Shown: positions 18,144 to 28,228, counted from the stretch's first letter. The stretch: DNA of 64,000 bases from an uncultured Prolixibacteraceae bacterium (GCA_964605775.1 CAZSDU010000007.1:18256-82255), one strand, 5' to 3'. The notes: generated by a model not told the origin, from the sequence alone. Made by a program: numbers and translations.

Positions 18144-18980
18144 CTAGCTTACCAGTTTGATGATGGCTTCCATTTCCTTTTGCATTACCTGCGCAACTTC
18201 CCTTGCTTTTTCAGCGAAATCGAGGCCGTCGGATGCATAGAGGATATTTCTGGAGGAATTTACAATCAGTCCGCAGTCTTTGGTTAAGCCATATTTTGCA
18301 ACCTCCTGAATGTTTCCGCCCTGAGCCCCAACCCCCGGGACCAGCAGGAAATGATCGGGAAGGATGTTACGGACATCGGTAAGCATTTCGGCCTTTGTGG
18401 CTCCTACCACATACATCATGTTTTCATCTGAACCCCATTGAGAGGATTTAAATAGCACCTCTTCATAGAGTTTTTTATTCCCAGAACTGAAGAACTGAAA
18501 ATCCCCGGCTCCTTTATTCGAGGTCAGGGCCAGGACGATGATCCATTTATCAGGATAGGAGAGGAAAGGCGTTACCGAATCTTCTCCCATGTATGGAGCA
18601 ACCGTGACAGCATCGAAATTCATGCCTGAAGAAACCTGATCAAATATAGCCCTGGCATATTGAGCAGAAGTATTGCCAATATCACCCCGCTTGGCATCAG
18701 CTATGGTAAAATGCTGACCGGGATAAACGGTATTTAGGTATTGAATGGTTTTTGTCAGACTGTTCCATCCTTTCACTCCAATACTTTCATAAAAGGCAAA
18801 ATTGGGCTTATAGGCAATGACCAGGTCGTGAGTGGCATCAATAATGGCCTTATTGAACTCAAAAACAGGATCATCATGATAGAGCAAATGTTTCGGAATT
18901 TTAGTCAGATCCGTATCCAATCCAATACATAAAAAGGATTTTTTTTTGAATATCAGGTCGATCAGGTCAGCGCGTTTCAT
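18144..18980 (-). CDS. pyrF: Orotidine 5'-phosphate decarboxylase, type 2
   Basis: A 278-aa protein with the motifs [30 protein letters not shown] and [11 protein letters not shown]. Confidence 0.88.
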   Translation of the reverse strand: MKRADLIDLIFKKKSFLCIGLDTDLTKIPKHLLYHDDPVFEFNKAIIDATHDLVIAYKPNFAFYESIGVKGWNSLTKTIQYLNTVYPGQHFTIADAKRGDIGNTSAQYARAIFDQVSSGMNFDAVTVAPYMGEDSVTPFLSYPDKWIIVLALTSNKGAGDFQFFSSGNKKLYEEVLFKSSQWGSDENMMYVVGATKAEMLTDVRNILPDHFLLVPGVGAQGGNIQEVAKYGLTKDCGLIVNSSRNILYASDGLDFAEKAREVAQVMQKEMEAIIKLVS

Positions 18981-19047
18981 ATTTTAAAATTGAATTTGCC
19001 AATCGGGTAATCGCTATCAGCTATTTTTCACCCGTAAATCGTAAATA

Positions 19048-20121
19048 TTAATTGCTCCCGGCTTCCTTCAGCCGCTCTGCATTTTCCGCTAATTGCAAGG
19101 CGTCGATCAGGGGTTGAACATCTCCATCCACGATGACAGGAAGATTATATAGCGTGAGATTGATCCTGTGGTCAGTCACCCGGCTTTGCGGATAATTGTA
19201 CGTTCGGATTTTCGCTGATCTGTCGCCGGTGGATACCATGGTTTTTCTTTTTTTGGAAATTTCATCCAGGTACTTTTGGTGTTCCAGTTCATAAAGCCTT
19301 GTCCGGAGCACTTTCATGGCTTTATCGAAATTTTTGATCTGTGATTTCTCGTCCTGGCACGAAACCACTATTCCTGAAGGAATATGTGTAAGACGGATGG
19401 CGGAATAAGTCGTGTTCACCGATTGACCACCCGGACCTGAAGAACAGAAAGTGTCTTTACGTACGTCAGATTGTTTGATTTCCACATCAAATTCATCCGC
19501 TTCAGGCAGGACGGCCACGGTAGCTGCTGAGGTATGCACTCTGCCCTGGGTTTCTGTCTGGGGAACACGCTGTACACGGTGGACTCCGGATTCGTATTTC
19601 ATCTGCCCATAAACATTCTCACCGATCAGGTTGAAAATAATTTCTTTATATCCTCCCATGGTGCCTTCGGTGAAATCGACCAGCTCCACTTTCCATCGTT
19701 TGGTCTCAGCGAATTTATTGTACATCCTGAACAGATCACCGGCAAAAATACTGGCCTCATCTCCACCCGTGCCGGCACGGATCTCAATCACGGCATTTTT
19801 TCCGTCTTCAGGATCAGCAGGAATGAGCATCAGGCGAATTTCCTCTTCCAGTTTTTCTTTTTCAGTGATCAGGGTGTTCAGCTCTTCTTTGGCCATGGTC
19901 CTGAATTCTTCATCCTTTTCATGATGGATGATCTCTTTGGCATGTTCAATATTGGCAAGTATGTCTTTATAATGCCCGTATCCGGTAATGATCGGCTGAA
20001 GCTCTTTATAATCCTTATTCAACCGGATATAACGCTTCATGTCACTCATCACCTCAGGTTCATTCATCTGGTTCTGAATGTCCTCAAACCGTTGTTTGAT
20101 GGCTTCAAGTTTTTCTAACAT
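19048..20121 (-). CDS. prfA: Peptide chain release factor 1
   Basis: A 357-aa protein with the GGQ motif ([11 protein letters not shown]) and an RF1-type PxT tripeptide ([14 protein letters not shown]). There is no programmed frameshift site. Confidence 0.93.
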   Translation of the reverse strand: MLEKLEAIKQRFEDIQNQMNEPEVMSDMKRYIRLNKDYKELQPIITGYGHYKDILANIEHAKEIIHHEKDEEFRTMAKEELNTLITEKEKLEEEIRLMLIPADPEDGKNAVIEIRAGTGGDEASIFAGDLFRMYNKFAETKRWKVELVDFTEGTMGGYKEIIFNLIGENVYGQMKYESGVHRVQRVPQTETQGRVHTSAATVAVLPEADEFDVEIKQSDVRKDTFCSSGPGGQSVNTTYSAIRLTHIPSGIVVSCQDEKSQIKNFDKAMKVLRTRLYELEHQKYLDEISKKRKTMVSTGDRSAKIRTYNYPQSRVTDHRINLTLYNLPVIVDGDVQPLIDALQLAENAERLKEAGSN

Positions 20122-20127
20122 AATTCC

Positions 20128-21303
20128 TTAAAATTCTAATGCAAAGTTAGGAAATTCGCTGAGAATGCTTAATTTCCTGGAAGGATAGGATAGGCAACGA
20201 CCGATGATCTGCGATTCAATATTGAATTCATGGGCAATTTCCACGATGTTTTGAGCAATATTTTCAGGGACATAGAATTCCAGGCGGTGACCCATGTTAA
20301 ACACCTGGTACATCTCTTTCCATGAAGTTCCTGAGTTCTGCTGAATCAACATAAAGAGAGGAGGAACGGGAAACAGATTATCCTTCACCACATGCAATTG
20401 ATCAATGAAATGCAGGATTTTTGTTTGTCCTCCACCGCTGCAATGAACCATGCCGTGAATATGTTCCCGGTAAAGACCCAGGATTTTTTTGACCACAGGA
20501 GCATAGGTCCGTGTAGGAGAAAGGAGAAGTTTTCCAATATCCATTCCCGTGATTTCGGAAGGATCGGTCAGGTTTTTATTTCCGGTATAGACCAATGGAT
20601 CAGGAATACGATCGTCGAAACTTTCAGGATACCGGAAGGCATAGGGTTTGTTCAGCACATCATGACGGGCGGAAGTCAGGCCATTGCTCCCTGTCCCACC
20701 ATTGTATGAGGTTTCATAGCTGGCTTGTCCATAGGAAGCCATTCCCACGATTACATCCCCGGCCTGGATATTCCCGTTATTGATCACATCTTTTCTTTTC
20801 ATCCGACAACTGACAGTAGAATCAACAATGATTGTACGTACCAGGTCGCCCACATCTGCCGTTTCACCTCCTGTGGACCAAATTCCAATCCCATGACTTC
20901 TCAACAACTCAAGGAAATCTTCCGTTCCCCTGATGATTTCTGAAATGATTTCCCCCGGGATCAGTTTCTTGTTCCTGCCGATTGTGGATGAAAGGAGGAT
21001 ATTCTCGCAGGCACCGACACATAAAAGATCATCCAGGTTCATTACGATGGCATCCTGGGCTATTCCCTTCCATACCGACAGATCGCCGGTTTCTTTCCAG
21101 TAGAGATAGGCCAGGGAGGATTTGGTCCCTGCCCCGTCGGCATGCATAATGTTACACCATTCCTCATCACCGCCAAGGATGTCAGGAATGATCTTACAGA
21201 AGGCTTTTGGAAATATTCCCTTGTCCATACTGCTGATGGCCGAATGAACTTCTTCTTTTCCTGAAGAAACACCTCTGAGGTTATAGCGGGAGTTTTCAGT
21301 CAT
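20128..21303 (-). CDS. purM: AIR synthase (PurM)-family protein, probable phosphoribosylformylglycinamidine cyclo-ligase (long Bacteroidota form)
   Basis: A 391-aa protein with the PurM-family motifs HADGAGTKSS and STGGETADVGD plus the C-terminal PurM-like domain. It is longer and more divergent than the enterobacterial enzyme, so the exact activity is inferred. Confidence 0.65.
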   Translation of the reverse strand: MTENSRYNLRGVSSGKEEVHSAISSMDKGIFPKAFCKIIPDILGGDEEWCNIMHADGAGTKSSLAYLYWKETGDLSVWKGIAQDAIVMNLDDLLCVGACENILLSSTIGRNKKLIPGEIISEIIRGTEDFLELLRSHGIGIWSTGGETADVGDLVRTIIVDSTVSCRMKRKDVINNGNIQAGDVIVGMASYGQASYETSYNGGTGSNGLTSARHDVLNKPYAFRYPESFDDRIPDPLVYTGNKNLTDPSEITGMDIGKLLLSPTRTYAPVVKKILGLYREHIHGMVHCSGGGQTKILHFIDQLHVVKDNLFPVPPLFMLIQQNSGTSWKEMYQVFNMGHRLEFYVPENIAQNIVEIAHEFNIESQIIGRCLSYPSRKLSILSEFPNFALEF

Positions 21304-21326
21304 GAGCCGGTAAAGATAAATACATT

Positions 21327-23774
21327 TTACTGGAAAATGATCAGGCTCTTTTTTGAATCAATGGAGAAATCACCAAGTCTTTTCAACGTATTTTCGCCTA
21401 ACCGGATCCCGGTCGTCTTACGGTTTACGGTAGCTTCGATATCTTTTACGGTGTTTCGTCCTATCTTTAATTCCCTGATGATAAATACCGCTTTGTCGGC
21501 AATCGTTCCTTCCCCGATGATTTTGGTCACCTCTCCCTGGAAATCTGTTTTGTCGATCAGACCGTCTTTGAGCAGTTTCAATGCATATTCCTGAGAAATA
21601 TAAAACTCCTTTTCCTTAGGATCATAAGTGAATGACAGGGTGGCCCCATTGACAAAACATTCCGCGTTCAGAAGTCCTTCTTTGGTTAGGGTGTAGCTGA
21701 CCGTATTTTCTTCTGGTTTGACCACGACTTCAATTTTCACAGGTGTTTGTTTGTCAACTTTAGTCTTAGGAATAAAATCATTACGGAGTATGCTGAACTC
21801 GGTACGACGGTTCAACTGATGGGCTGCTTCCTTGACCTGGATGTTGGGTAGCAAGTTAATCACGGAATCGGTGAGGGTGGTTCCGGCAGTAAAGGTATAT
21901 CCTTCCCGGCTAATGTCTTTTGTCAGGGTACGCGGAACCCTTTCCCCGTATCCTTTGGCTGCGAGGCGGTCGGGATCGATGCCCCTGGAGATAAGGTAAT
22001 CCACGACAGACTGGGCTCGTTTTTGGGAGAGGATATCATTCCTTTCATCTGAATCGCGTGAATCGGTATGTGAAGCCAGTTCAACCACGATGGTTTCATT
22101 GGCGTCGAGGGTTTCAATTAAACCCTGAAGGGAATCCTGGTATTGAGGTTTTAAATCCCATTTAGCCAGATCATATAAAATATCGGGTAGCACTACGGGT
22201 TTTTTCGGAATAGGACGGAGGATAAAATTTTTAGTAATATCCTTGCTTTTTTCCAGTCCTACCGTTGTTTCCCGTCCTTTTTCATTGAAATAATCCCTTT
22301 TTGTCACCAGGATATCATAGGTAGTATTGACAGATATCTGGTTTTTATTGAAACTGTAAAATCCTTTTTCATCGGTATTATCTTCCAGTGCGCGTCCATT
22401 GGTTCCCACAATAAGTACCTTGGCGCCAGCCAACGGTTGAAGGCTGCGATCATCTGTTACAGTACCTTCCAGGGTGAAGTAAACGGGAGGGACAACAAAG
22501 GAATAAATATCATCCTTGCCTTTCCCGCCCGGGCGGTTGGAAGCAAAAAGGCCCTGTTCGGGCTCATCCATATTAAATACGATACTGAAGTCATCAGCCG
22601 GAGAGTTAATGGGATATTTCATGTTTTCCGGCTTGCTCCACTTCCCGTCAGACTTGACGGATCTGAAAATGTCGAGCCCGCCCATACCCGGATGACCGTT
22701 GGAAGCAAAATAAAGGATGCTGTCGCTACGGATGAAAGGGAAAAGTTCATCACCCGGAGTATTGATTTCTGGTCCCAGGTTTTCTTTGGAATAACCACCG
22801 CCTTTAGCCTTTTTTTTTGTCATCCAGATATCTTTTCCTCCATGACCTCCGGGGAGTTCTGAGGCAAAGTAGATGGTTTCATCACTGGTGACGGAGGGAT
22901 GGCCGAAAACATAGGAACTATCTCCCCCAAGATCGATTTTCTCTGGTTCTCCCCATGCCGTCTGTCCCTGACGGCTAACCCTGAATATTCCGCAACCATT
23001 CATTTTCTTGGGTTCATTCCAGCAACGGGTGAAATAGAATGCAGAGAACCGGGGATTGAACTGTCCCACTCCATCATTGGCTTTGGAATTGATCATACCT
23101 GCTTCGTCAGCAAGCAAGGGTTTGCTCCATTCCCCTTTACGGTCGATACGGGAATAGAAGAGATCAGAAAATTTCAGCCCTGTCCAGTTATCAATCTCCT
23201 TTCCTTTAGCAGCTCCACGGTCGGAGGTGAATATGATCGAGCCATATTTTCTGTCGGCATAAGCCGGGGCAAAGTCGTTTTCTTTTGAAGCCAGGTTCTT
23301 TTCGAACTTCACCTCATACTTTGAAGGATTGGCCATCCATTCTTTAGATAATTTACTGCTTTCTATCCCGATGTCTCCTTTCGGATCATCTGGGACCTTT
23401 TCTTTATAAGCAGTATATTGCAGGATGGCTTCATCATAATTGCCATTGGCTTTCAAGGCATCTGCATAGTATAATAAAATACGGGGTTCTTTGGTATAAT
23501 ATTTACTTGTGATACAACGTTTGTAAGCGATTTCCGACTTTTTTGTATTGTTCATCATGCGGTAGCACTCAGCCATCCTGAACGAAATACGATCCCTTTC
23601 CGCTTTGTTGTTTTTGACCTTTGAATAGGCTTTCTGGTATCGTTGCAAGGCGAGCAGGTACATCTGATCCGTGAACGCATTATCAGCAGCCTTGGAATGT
23701 TTATTCTGGGAATAACCATTCAGACTGGAAATCAAAAAAGCCAATAGCAGAATAGAAGAAAAAGAATACCGCAT
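21327..23774 (-). CDS. OmpA-family outer-membrane-associated protein: TPR + PD40/TolB-like repeats + CarboxypepD_reg-like + OmpA C-terminal domain + extra retropepsin-like C-terminal domain
   Basis: The start is set at the Met preceding the signal peptide MRYSFSSILLLAFLISSLNGYSQ, which avoids overlap with secDF. It has PD40-like repeats (IYFASELPGGHGGKDIWM, LYFASNGHPGMGGLDIFRS, LFASNRPGGKGKDDIYSF) and an OmpA block (VELASHTDSRDSDERNDILSQKRAQSVVDYL..NRRTEF). A 146-aa tail follows (see findings). Confidence 0.85.
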   Translation of the reverse strand: MRYSFSSILLLAFLISSLNGYSQNKHSKAADNAFTDQMYLLALQRYQKAYSKVKNNKAERDRISFRMAECYRMMNNTKKSEIAYKRCITSKYYTKEPRILLYYADALKANGNYDEAILQYTAYKEKVPDDPKGDIGIESSKLSKEWMANPSKYEVKFEKNLASKENDFAPAYADRKYGSIIFTSDRGAAKGKEIDNWTGLKFSDLFYSRIDRKGEWSKPLLADEAGMINSKANDGVGQFNPRFSAFYFTRCWNEPKKMNGCGIFRVSRQGQTAWGEPEKIDLGGDSSYVFGHPSVTSDETIYFASELPGGHGGKDIWMTKKKAKGGGYSKENLGPEINTPGDELFPFIRSDSILYFASNGHPGMGGLDIFRSVKSDGKWSKPENMKYPINSPADDFSIVFNMDEPEQGLFASNRPGGKGKDDIYSFVVPPVYFTLEGTVTDDRSLQPLAGAKVLIVGTNGRALEDNTDEKGFYSFNKNQISVNTTYDILVTKRDYFNEKGRETTVGLEKSKDITKNFILRPIPKKPVVLPDILYDLAKWDLKPQYQDSLQGLIETLDANETIVVELASHTDSRDSDERNDILSQKRAQSVVDYLISRGIDPDRLAAKGYGERVPRTLTKDISREGYTFTAGTTLTDSVINLLPNIQVKEAAHQLNRRTEFSILRNDFIPKTKVDKQTPVKIEVVVKPEENTVSYTLTKEGLLNAECFVNGATLSFTYDPKEKEFYISQEYALKLLKDGLIDKTDFQGEVTKIIGEGTIADKAVFIIRELKIGRNTVKDIEATVNRKTTGIRLGENTLKRLGDFSIDSKKSLIIFQ

Positions 23775-23791
23775 GCAATTGCAGTTTGTTG

Positions 23792-26700
23792 TTATTTTTT
23801 CTTTGCTGTGAGTTCTTTCATTTCTTTTCTTCGTGCTTGCCACGTTAAAATATCGTAAGATATGGGTGTGGCAATGAAAACTGAAGAATAAGTCCCGACC
23901 ACAACTCCGATAAATAACGCAAAAGTAAATCCCCTTAGTACTTCTCCACCGAAGATAAAAATTACCAGCAACACGACCAGGGTAACGCCCGAAGTGTTAA
24001 TGGTTCGTCCCAGGGTACTGTTGATGGCCGCATTGATATTATTGCCAAGGTCGCGTTTCGGGTAAAGTGCCCGGTACTCGCGGACACGGTCAAAGATAAT
24101 AACTGTATCCATGATGGAATAACCTATGATGGTCAGCAAGGCAGCAATGAAAGACTGATCGATCTCCATGCCAAAAGGCAGGATTCCCCAGAATAAAGTG
24201 AACATGGTCATGATGACCAGGGTATCGTGGAACAGGGAAACCACTCCTCCGATGCCAAACTGCCAGTTTTTAAAACGTATGGCAATATATATAAAGATGA
24301 TGATGAGGGAGAAAAAGACTGCCATAATTGCCTGCCAGATCAAGGCATAGGAAATGGTTGGGTCAACCCTTTGCGAACTGAGTTCTCCGATGATCTTTTT
24401 AGTATCAGAAGACATGAAGTCGGCATAGCTGATAGAAGTCTTATAAAACCCTTTTAATCCGCTAAATAATTTGGCATTGACAATGGAATCAGCTTTCTGG
24501 TCCCTGTCGTTGATCATGAATTTGGTGGTTATTTTAACCTGATTTTTTGGACCGAAGGTTTTGACTTCAGGAGATTCGCCGAATTCAGCCCGAAGCGACT
24601 CCCTGAGGTCTTTGGTGGAAACATTCTGGTCGAAACGGACGATATAGCTCCGGCCTCCGGTAAAGTCAAGACCAGGATCCAAGCCTCTGACAAACATACT
24701 GATGATTCCGGGGACAATGACCAGAAGGGATACAATATACATTTTCTTCCTTAATCCCATGAAATCAAAATGTAAATTCTGGAAGAGGTTATTGGTAAAT
24801 TTGTTTCCGGTAGTGATCTTCATATTGCGGTCAAGCATCCATTCAAAGACCAGACGGGCGATGAAAATGGAAGAGAAGAGGGAGAGTAACAAACCAAGAA
24901 CCAGGGTAGTGGCAAAACCTTTAACAGGACCCGAACCAAACATATAGAGGACGATACCGGTCAGGATAGTGGTTACGTGTCCGTCGATAATGGCCGATAG
25001 GGCATGGTGGAACCCATCCTTGACGACCAGTCGCATACCTTTTCCCGCTCGTATTTCTTCCCGCATTCGCTCATAAATAATGACGTTAGAGTCAACGGCC
25101 ATGGCAAGTGTCAGTACGATACCGGCAATACCGGGCAGGGTGAGTACGGCGCCTATGGAAGCCAGGACGCCAAAAAGGAAAAACACATTGGCAAATAAAG
25201 CGATATCGGCCACATGACCTGCGCCACCATAATATAACGACATATACAAAAGAACGCCGATGAAGGCAATGATAAAGGAGATCAAACCGGCATTGATAGA
25301 TTCCTGGCCGAGAGAGGGCCCGACAATTTCTTCTGACACGATACGTGCCGGTGCAGGAAGTTTCCCGGCCTTGAGAATATTGGCAAGGTCCTGGGCTTCC
25401 TCAACGGTCATGTTTCCGCCGGTAATGGAAGACATTCCGTTTGGAATTTCACCATTGACGTTAGGATAGGAATAAATATACCCATCCAGCACGATGGCGA
25501 TTTGTTTCCCGATGTTATCACCTGTGAGCCGCTTCCAGATACGGGCGCCTTCAGAATTCATCGACATGGAAACTTCCACTCTTCCGTTCTGATCATAGTC
25601 TTGTCTGGCAGAGGTGATGACATCACCACCAAGCGCAGGAGAGCCATCCCTAGAAGTGATTTTCAGGGCAACGAGTTCCAGAATGTCTTTTTCTTCGTCC
25701 CTGGGTTTAACGGTCCAGGCCAGACGCATATCGCGGGGAAACATATTTTTGACCAGGCGCAACATATAATTGATCCTTGCCGTATCTTTGATAAGGGCAC
25801 GTCCGACCATGGCGGTCTGACCAGGTTGATATTGTCCATCCTTCGTCTGGAATATGGCAGGGTTTAGATAGGCAAACAGGGGGTTCACCTTGGCATATTC
25901 TTCAAATGACTGTTCCTTTTTAGATGAAACGTCAGCTGAGGAAGTATCTTTGCCAATTTTTTTCAATAAGGCGTTTTCCTTGGAGGTATCCTCTTTTGCA
26001 ATTTCTTTGGTTTTTTCCTGGGACTTGAGGTTTTCTTTCTTTTCTGCAAGGATTTGTTTATTATTGATGGCATTGACTTTTCCAGCAGTATCAGCAGCCA
26101 GTGTGCTATCCACTTTCAGGGTATCCAAGCCTGTGCTGAGAATAGAAACAAGTTTTTTATTGGCTTCACTGAAGAAAGGAAATAGCTGGGGATACTGATA
26201 GGTTTCCCAGAACTCAAGCTGGGCGGTTCCCTGTAGGAGCTTTCTGACCCGCTCAGGCTCTTTGATACCGGGGAGTTCGATAAGAATACGTCCGGCTGTC
26301 TGAAGCTTCTGAATATTTGGTTGTACTACTCCAAAACGGTCAATACGGGTGGCAAGGATGTTATAGGTACGGTCGATGGCCGCGTTGGATTCTTCACGGA
26401 TGACTTTAATGACTTCGTCATTGGTAGAATTGTAGTTGATCTTGTCTTTTAATTCGACCGTGTTGAAGATGGCGGCCAGTTTTGCATTGGGGTCTGTTTC
26501 TTTAAAAGCGTCAGCAAAAATATCCACAAAATCGGCAGTACTGTTTTTTTCTTTTTCAATGGCTTTATCCAGGGCTTTTTTGAACGTGGGATCCTGGTTG
26601 TAACCGGATAAGGCACGGATGACGTCGGGGACGGAGACAGCCATCGTCACATTCATACCACCCTTCAGGTCAAGTCCAAGGTTGATTTCCCTTTCGCGGA

Positions 26701-26986
26701 CATCTTTCAGGGTATATTTTTTTAGAAGAATGTTAAATACACCGATATTGGCCATGGAATCATTGAAATACTCCAGTCTTGATTTGGAGATAGAATCAAA
26801 ATAGAATTCCTGTTTCAGGGGATCTCCCTTCGCCATTGTTTTTGCTATTTCCTTTACCGTCGGGGCATTGGCGTAAGCATCTGCTTTCAGGGAGTAGTGA
26901 TAGCTGATAAAAGTAAAGGATAACTGGAACAAACAAACCAAAACGAATGTAACCGCAAAAAATTTAACAACGCCTTTATTCTGCAT
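23792..26986 (-). CDS. secDF: Protein translocase subunit SecDF (fused SecD-SecF)
   Basis: A 1064-aa protein with an N-terminal TM, a large periplasmic domain and two six-helix RND-like bundles (GPSLGQESINAG..; GPVKGFATTL..; FDRVREY). The fusion is typical of Bacteroidota. Confidence 0.92.
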   Translation of the reverse strand: MQNKGVVKFFAVTFVLVCLFQLSFTFISYHYSLKADAYANAPTVKEIAKTMAKGDPLKQEFYFDSISKSRLEYFNDSMANIGVFNILLKKYTLKDVREREINLGLDLKGGMNVTMAVSVPDVIRALSGYNQDPTFKKALDKAIEKEKNSTADFVDIFADAFKETDPNAKLAAIFNTVELKDKINYNSTNDEVIKVIREESNAAIDRTYNILATRIDRFGVVQPNIQKLQTAGRILIELPGIKEPERVRKLLQGTAQLEFWETYQYPQLFPFFSEANKKLVSILSTGLDTLKVDSTLAADTAGKVNAINNKQILAEKKENLKSQEKTKEIAKEDTSKENALLKKIGKDTSSADVSSKKEQSFEEYAKVNPLFAYLNPAIFQTKDGQYQPGQTAMVGRALIKDTARINYMLRLVKNMFPRDMRLAWTVKPRDEEKDILELVALKITSRDGSPALGGDVITSARQDYDQNGRVEVSMSMNSEGARIWKRLTGDNIGKQIAIVLDGYIYSYPNVNGEIPNGMSSITGGNMTVEEAQDLANILKAGKLPAPARIVSEEIVGPSLGQESINAGLISFIIAFIGVLLYMSLYYGGAGHVADIALFANVFFLFGVLASIGAVLTLPGIAGIVLTLAMAVDSNVIIYERMREEIRAGKGMRLVVKDGFHHALSAIIDGHVTTILTGIVLYMFGSGPVKGFATTLVLGLLLSLFSSIFIARLVFEWMLDRNMKITTGNKFTNNLFQNLHFDFMGLRKKMYIVSLLVIVPGIISMFVRGLDPGLDFTGGRSYIVRFDQNVSTKDLRESLRAEFGESPEVKTFGPKNQVKITTKFMINDRDQKADSIVNAKLFSGLKGFYKTSISYADFMSSDTKKIIGELSSQRVDPTISYALIWQAIMAVFFSLIIIFIYIAIRFKNWQFGIGGVVSLFHDTLVIMTMFTLFWGILPFGMEIDQSFIAALLTIIGYSIMDTVIIFDRVREYRALYPKRDLGNNINAAINSTLGRTINTSGVTLVVLLVIFIFGGEVLRGFTFALFIGVVVGTYSSVFIATPISYDILTWQARRKEMKELTAKKK

Positions 26987-27043
26987 GAGTTTGTGATTTT
27001 AAATGGATTGTATTTATTTTCAGAAGTCTTTTTTTTGAGGGTG

Positions 27044-27051
27044 CAAAATTA
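27044..27051 (-). promoter_or_regulatory. -7 promoter box TAATTTTG upstream of secDF
   Basis: The minus-strand sequence TAATTTTGCACCCTC matches the TAnnTTTG consensus. It lies 58 nt upstream of the secDF ATG. Confidence 0.45.
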
Positions 27052-27134
27052 GAATATTCCGGGGAAATAACCAATAGAAATATGAATTAGGATGGAAGAA
27101 TCCGGAATTAGCGTTATGGAGGCAGTTCCCTGAG

Positions 27135-27560
27135 TCATTTTTTAAGGGTAATTGTACCGGATGTGGTTCCGGCCGGCATCCTAATAATTCTGAATTTTCT
27201 CCATTCATACTGCGGATTTTGCTGTTGCATCGATTTTTTATCCGCATTTCTGAGGGTGAATTTTTCGTCGGGGTGAACCAACAGATCTTTTCCACCGGGA
27301 AATTCCGTGTCGGATAAGGTAGTTACTGCAAAATATCCGATGCTGTCATTCGGACCTATTGCTTCAAAGGCAAGATGAGAACTACCGGAATTGACGGTCC
27401 ACCAGCCCTGCGTCATCCAGTACCCCCCGGTATTTTTAGCTACATAGTGTGCAAAAGCCACATAAACCGGTTCTGAATGTTCATTTTTAAAGCTTATCTG
27501 GGCATTGCTACCCAGGGAGGTCAGCAATAAGATGACCGGCCACCATATTTTGAAATTCAT
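27135..27560 (-). CDS. Small secreted protein, DUF1036-like pattern (141 aa)
   Basis: The signal peptide is MNFKIWWPVILLLTSLGSNAQ. The pattern VYVAFAHY..GGYWMTQGWWTVNSGSS resembles the DUF1036 core (vA.gy..gW.seGWw.l.pG). The assignment is tentative. Confidence 0.4.
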   Translation of the reverse strand: MNFKIWWPVILLLTSLGSNAQISFKNEHSEPVYVAFAHYVAKNTGGYWMTQGWWTVNSGSSHLAFEAIGPNDSIGYFAVTTLSDTEFPGGKDLLVHPDEKFTLRNADKKSMQQQNPQYEWRKFRIIRMPAGTTSGTITLKK

Positions 27561-27598
27561 GGATAAATTTTTTTACAAACATAATGTTTTTATGAATT

Positions 27599-28132
27599 TT
27601 AACTCATTTCCCGATATAATTTCTGAAGCATTTTTTCTGCCTTGTTCCTGAATCCGGGAGTCTCTTCCTGCATCCTCCATTCAATGGAATCAGCTAGTTC
27701 CTTTTTAAGATCTGGTTCCTGGTCTGATATTTGATAAAGAATGTCCATGCAATACATTTTAGTTGCCACGGATTCATTTGCTGAAATCAGCCATTCAAAG
27801 CAAAGGTTCATCAGTGTTCCAAGATGTTCGCTGGGAAAAGGATAACGGGAAAGCATGCGCAGGGTATGCCGCTTCAATCCGTCATGTTTGAATTGGGGAA
27901 GAATTTCAATCATGTCACTCAGGTAGGGAACTAAAAGCGAAGGAATTTTCTCTGAGACCAGGTCGAGTACCCAGGCAGCCCTGCGGCTTACCGGTTCTTC
28001 ATTCCTCAGGTAAGTATGAAAAAGTGCATTGAATAAGCGTGGTTCCTGGAGGATGAGATCGGTCACCAGGTCTGTGTTTCTGCGCGACATCTCAATCAGC
28101 AGGAGGTCTTCAAGTGACTCTGGTGTGCTCAT
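27599..28132 (-). CDS. Hypothetical all-helical (HEAT/ARM-like) protein (177 aa)
   Basis: A clean ORF with its own -7 box. The repeated amphipathic helix pattern has no motif I can assign to a named family. Confidence 0.4.
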   Translation of the reverse strand: MSTPESLEDLLLIEMSRRNTDLVTDLILQEPRLFNALFHTYLRNEEPVSRRAAWVLDLVSEKIPSLLVPYLSDMIEILPQFKHDGLKRHTLRMLSRYPFPSEHLGTLMNLCFEWLISANESVATKMYCMDILYQISDQEPDLKKELADSIEWRMQEETPGFRNKAEKMLQKLYREMS

Positions 28133-28159
28133 ATTCCTTTATTATCCAAAATGTGGATT

Positions 28160-28167
28160 CAAAATTA
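28160..28167 (-). promoter_or_regulatory. -7 promoter box TAATTTTG for the 177-aa gene
   Basis: The minus-strand sequence TAATTTTG lies 28 nt upstream of the ATG at 28132. Confidence 0.45.
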
Positions 28168-28220
28168 TTTCATTAAATTCAATTTTGATTTTTTTGTTGA
28201 TAAAATAATAATTATAGTTT

Positions 28221-28228
28221 TACTTTTG
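28221..28228 (+). promoter_or_regulatory. -7 promoter box TACTTTTG for the decarboxylase/DHS-like operon
   Basis: The plus-strand sequence TACTTTTGCAAAAA lies 78 nt upstream of the ATG at 28306. Confidence 0.45.

Noticed and set aside
23775-23843. 23-codon N-terminal extension of the OmpA-family ORF (MASTKKRNERTHSKEKITTNCNC)
   Set aside because: It overlaps the 3' end of secDF. The Met at 23774 is followed directly by a canonical signal peptide, so the shorter start is preferred.
27056-27109. 7-bp inverted repeat ATTCCGG/CCGGAAT downstream of the 141-aa gene, considered as a terminator
   Set aside because: The arms are separated by about 40 nt, and no T-run follows on the relevant strand. 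It is too weak to call as a terminator or operator.
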